64,000 nucleotides of DNA. Origin: Vicugna vicugna (Eukaryota). Position numbers and translations under genes: made by a program. Below the pieces are notes generated by a model that saw nothing but the letters and a program-made list of their open reading frames with translations, was not told the origin of the DNA and searched no databases. The stretch is from contig MU058000.1 in NCBI GenBank assembly GCA_013265495.1, positions 1,612,001 through 1,676,000 of the forward strand. Reading direction: 5' to 3'. This document shows positions 63,280 through 64,000 of this stretch, one piece after another; the first letter of the stretch is position 1; every line of letters begins with the position of its first letter.

Positions 63280-63450
63280 AAGCACAGTGGGTTCGAGAAC
63301 CGAAAAAATGCATTCAAATCCCAGGTCTGTCACTTAATCACTGCCATCTCAGGCAGTCATGTAGCTGTTTTAAGTGTCAGTTTCTTCAGCTCTAAAATTG
63401 GGATGATACATGAAAATGGTGTCTCAGAGGATCAAATGGCATGATAGTTT
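63280..63450 (+). mobile_element. MIR
   Basis: 'agtggtaagcacagtgggttc...ttcaaatcccaggtctgtcactta...tcagtttcttcagctctaaaattggga'. Confidence 0.8.
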
Positions 63451-64000
63451 GGTGTCAGAACCCAGCTATTCATTCATTCAAAGCAAATCATTTTTCTCCT
63501 CCCTGCATCAAATCTAATCTAAACTTCAGACAAATGAGCTCTGCCTCAAATACTTACTTATCTAGCAATTGACTCACTTTACATAGACTTTCTGTGTGGT
63601 ACTTTCAGTGTGAAATCAGCCATGGAAATTCTCTGGATATAATATTGAGACTTTACCACCATCCTTTCTAAGCTTGCAGTGATATTTATCTTGATCACTG
63701 CCTATTTTGAAGACAGCAAATCCTACATTGTGCCAAACTGTGTGGTGGTCTTATAATTTTAAATTTCCATAATAGAGGGATATTATATCATGCATTTTTG
63801 ATTAACATTAAGGAAATTAATATAATAAAAGCAGGGGTTAGTAATGGTTATCTTGGAATGGTTCAGCAGATAGGCTGTTGGGGGAAAGTACATTTCCAAA
63901 TGGGAAATATCTTACATGTCTCTCACAGTATCTTAATATTAACCATCAGAGGGGTGTGGCCCTAAACGCATCTCTTCCTTTAGAATAAATATTGTTTTAT

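Noticed and set aside
1..64000. tRNA, rRNA, snRNA, CRISPR arrays, processed pseudogenes, non-retroviral viral insertions, numts
   Set aside because: None recognised by eye; highly diverged examples could be missed without database searches.

Overview
AT-rich mammalian genomic DNA, intergenic or intronic, with no complete protein-coding gene that I can identify. The youngest L1 3' end looks like a camelid (Camelus/Vicugna-type) L1, and I see no Alu, B1, Bov-tA, PRE-1 or Can-SINE, so a camelid source is a reasonable inference. Most recognisable sequence is transposable-element debris: MIR, L2, old L1M, MaLR/MLT1 LTRs, an ERVL/LTR16 relic, ERV1 solo LTRs and MER5/MER58 hAT elements. There is one assembly gap (5973-6268). 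Several good minus-strand splice signals suggest unidentified transcripts, including a candidate 55-codon terminal exon at 63054-63223. The standout is a 5'-truncated L1 copy at ~53909-54435 that is heavily and strand-specifically A-to-G hypermutated relative to a sister copy in the same window (7861-8325, minus). This is what a genomic fossil of an ADAR-hyperedited L1 RNA would look like. Repeat family names come from recognising consensus motifs by eye, and boundaries are approximate.
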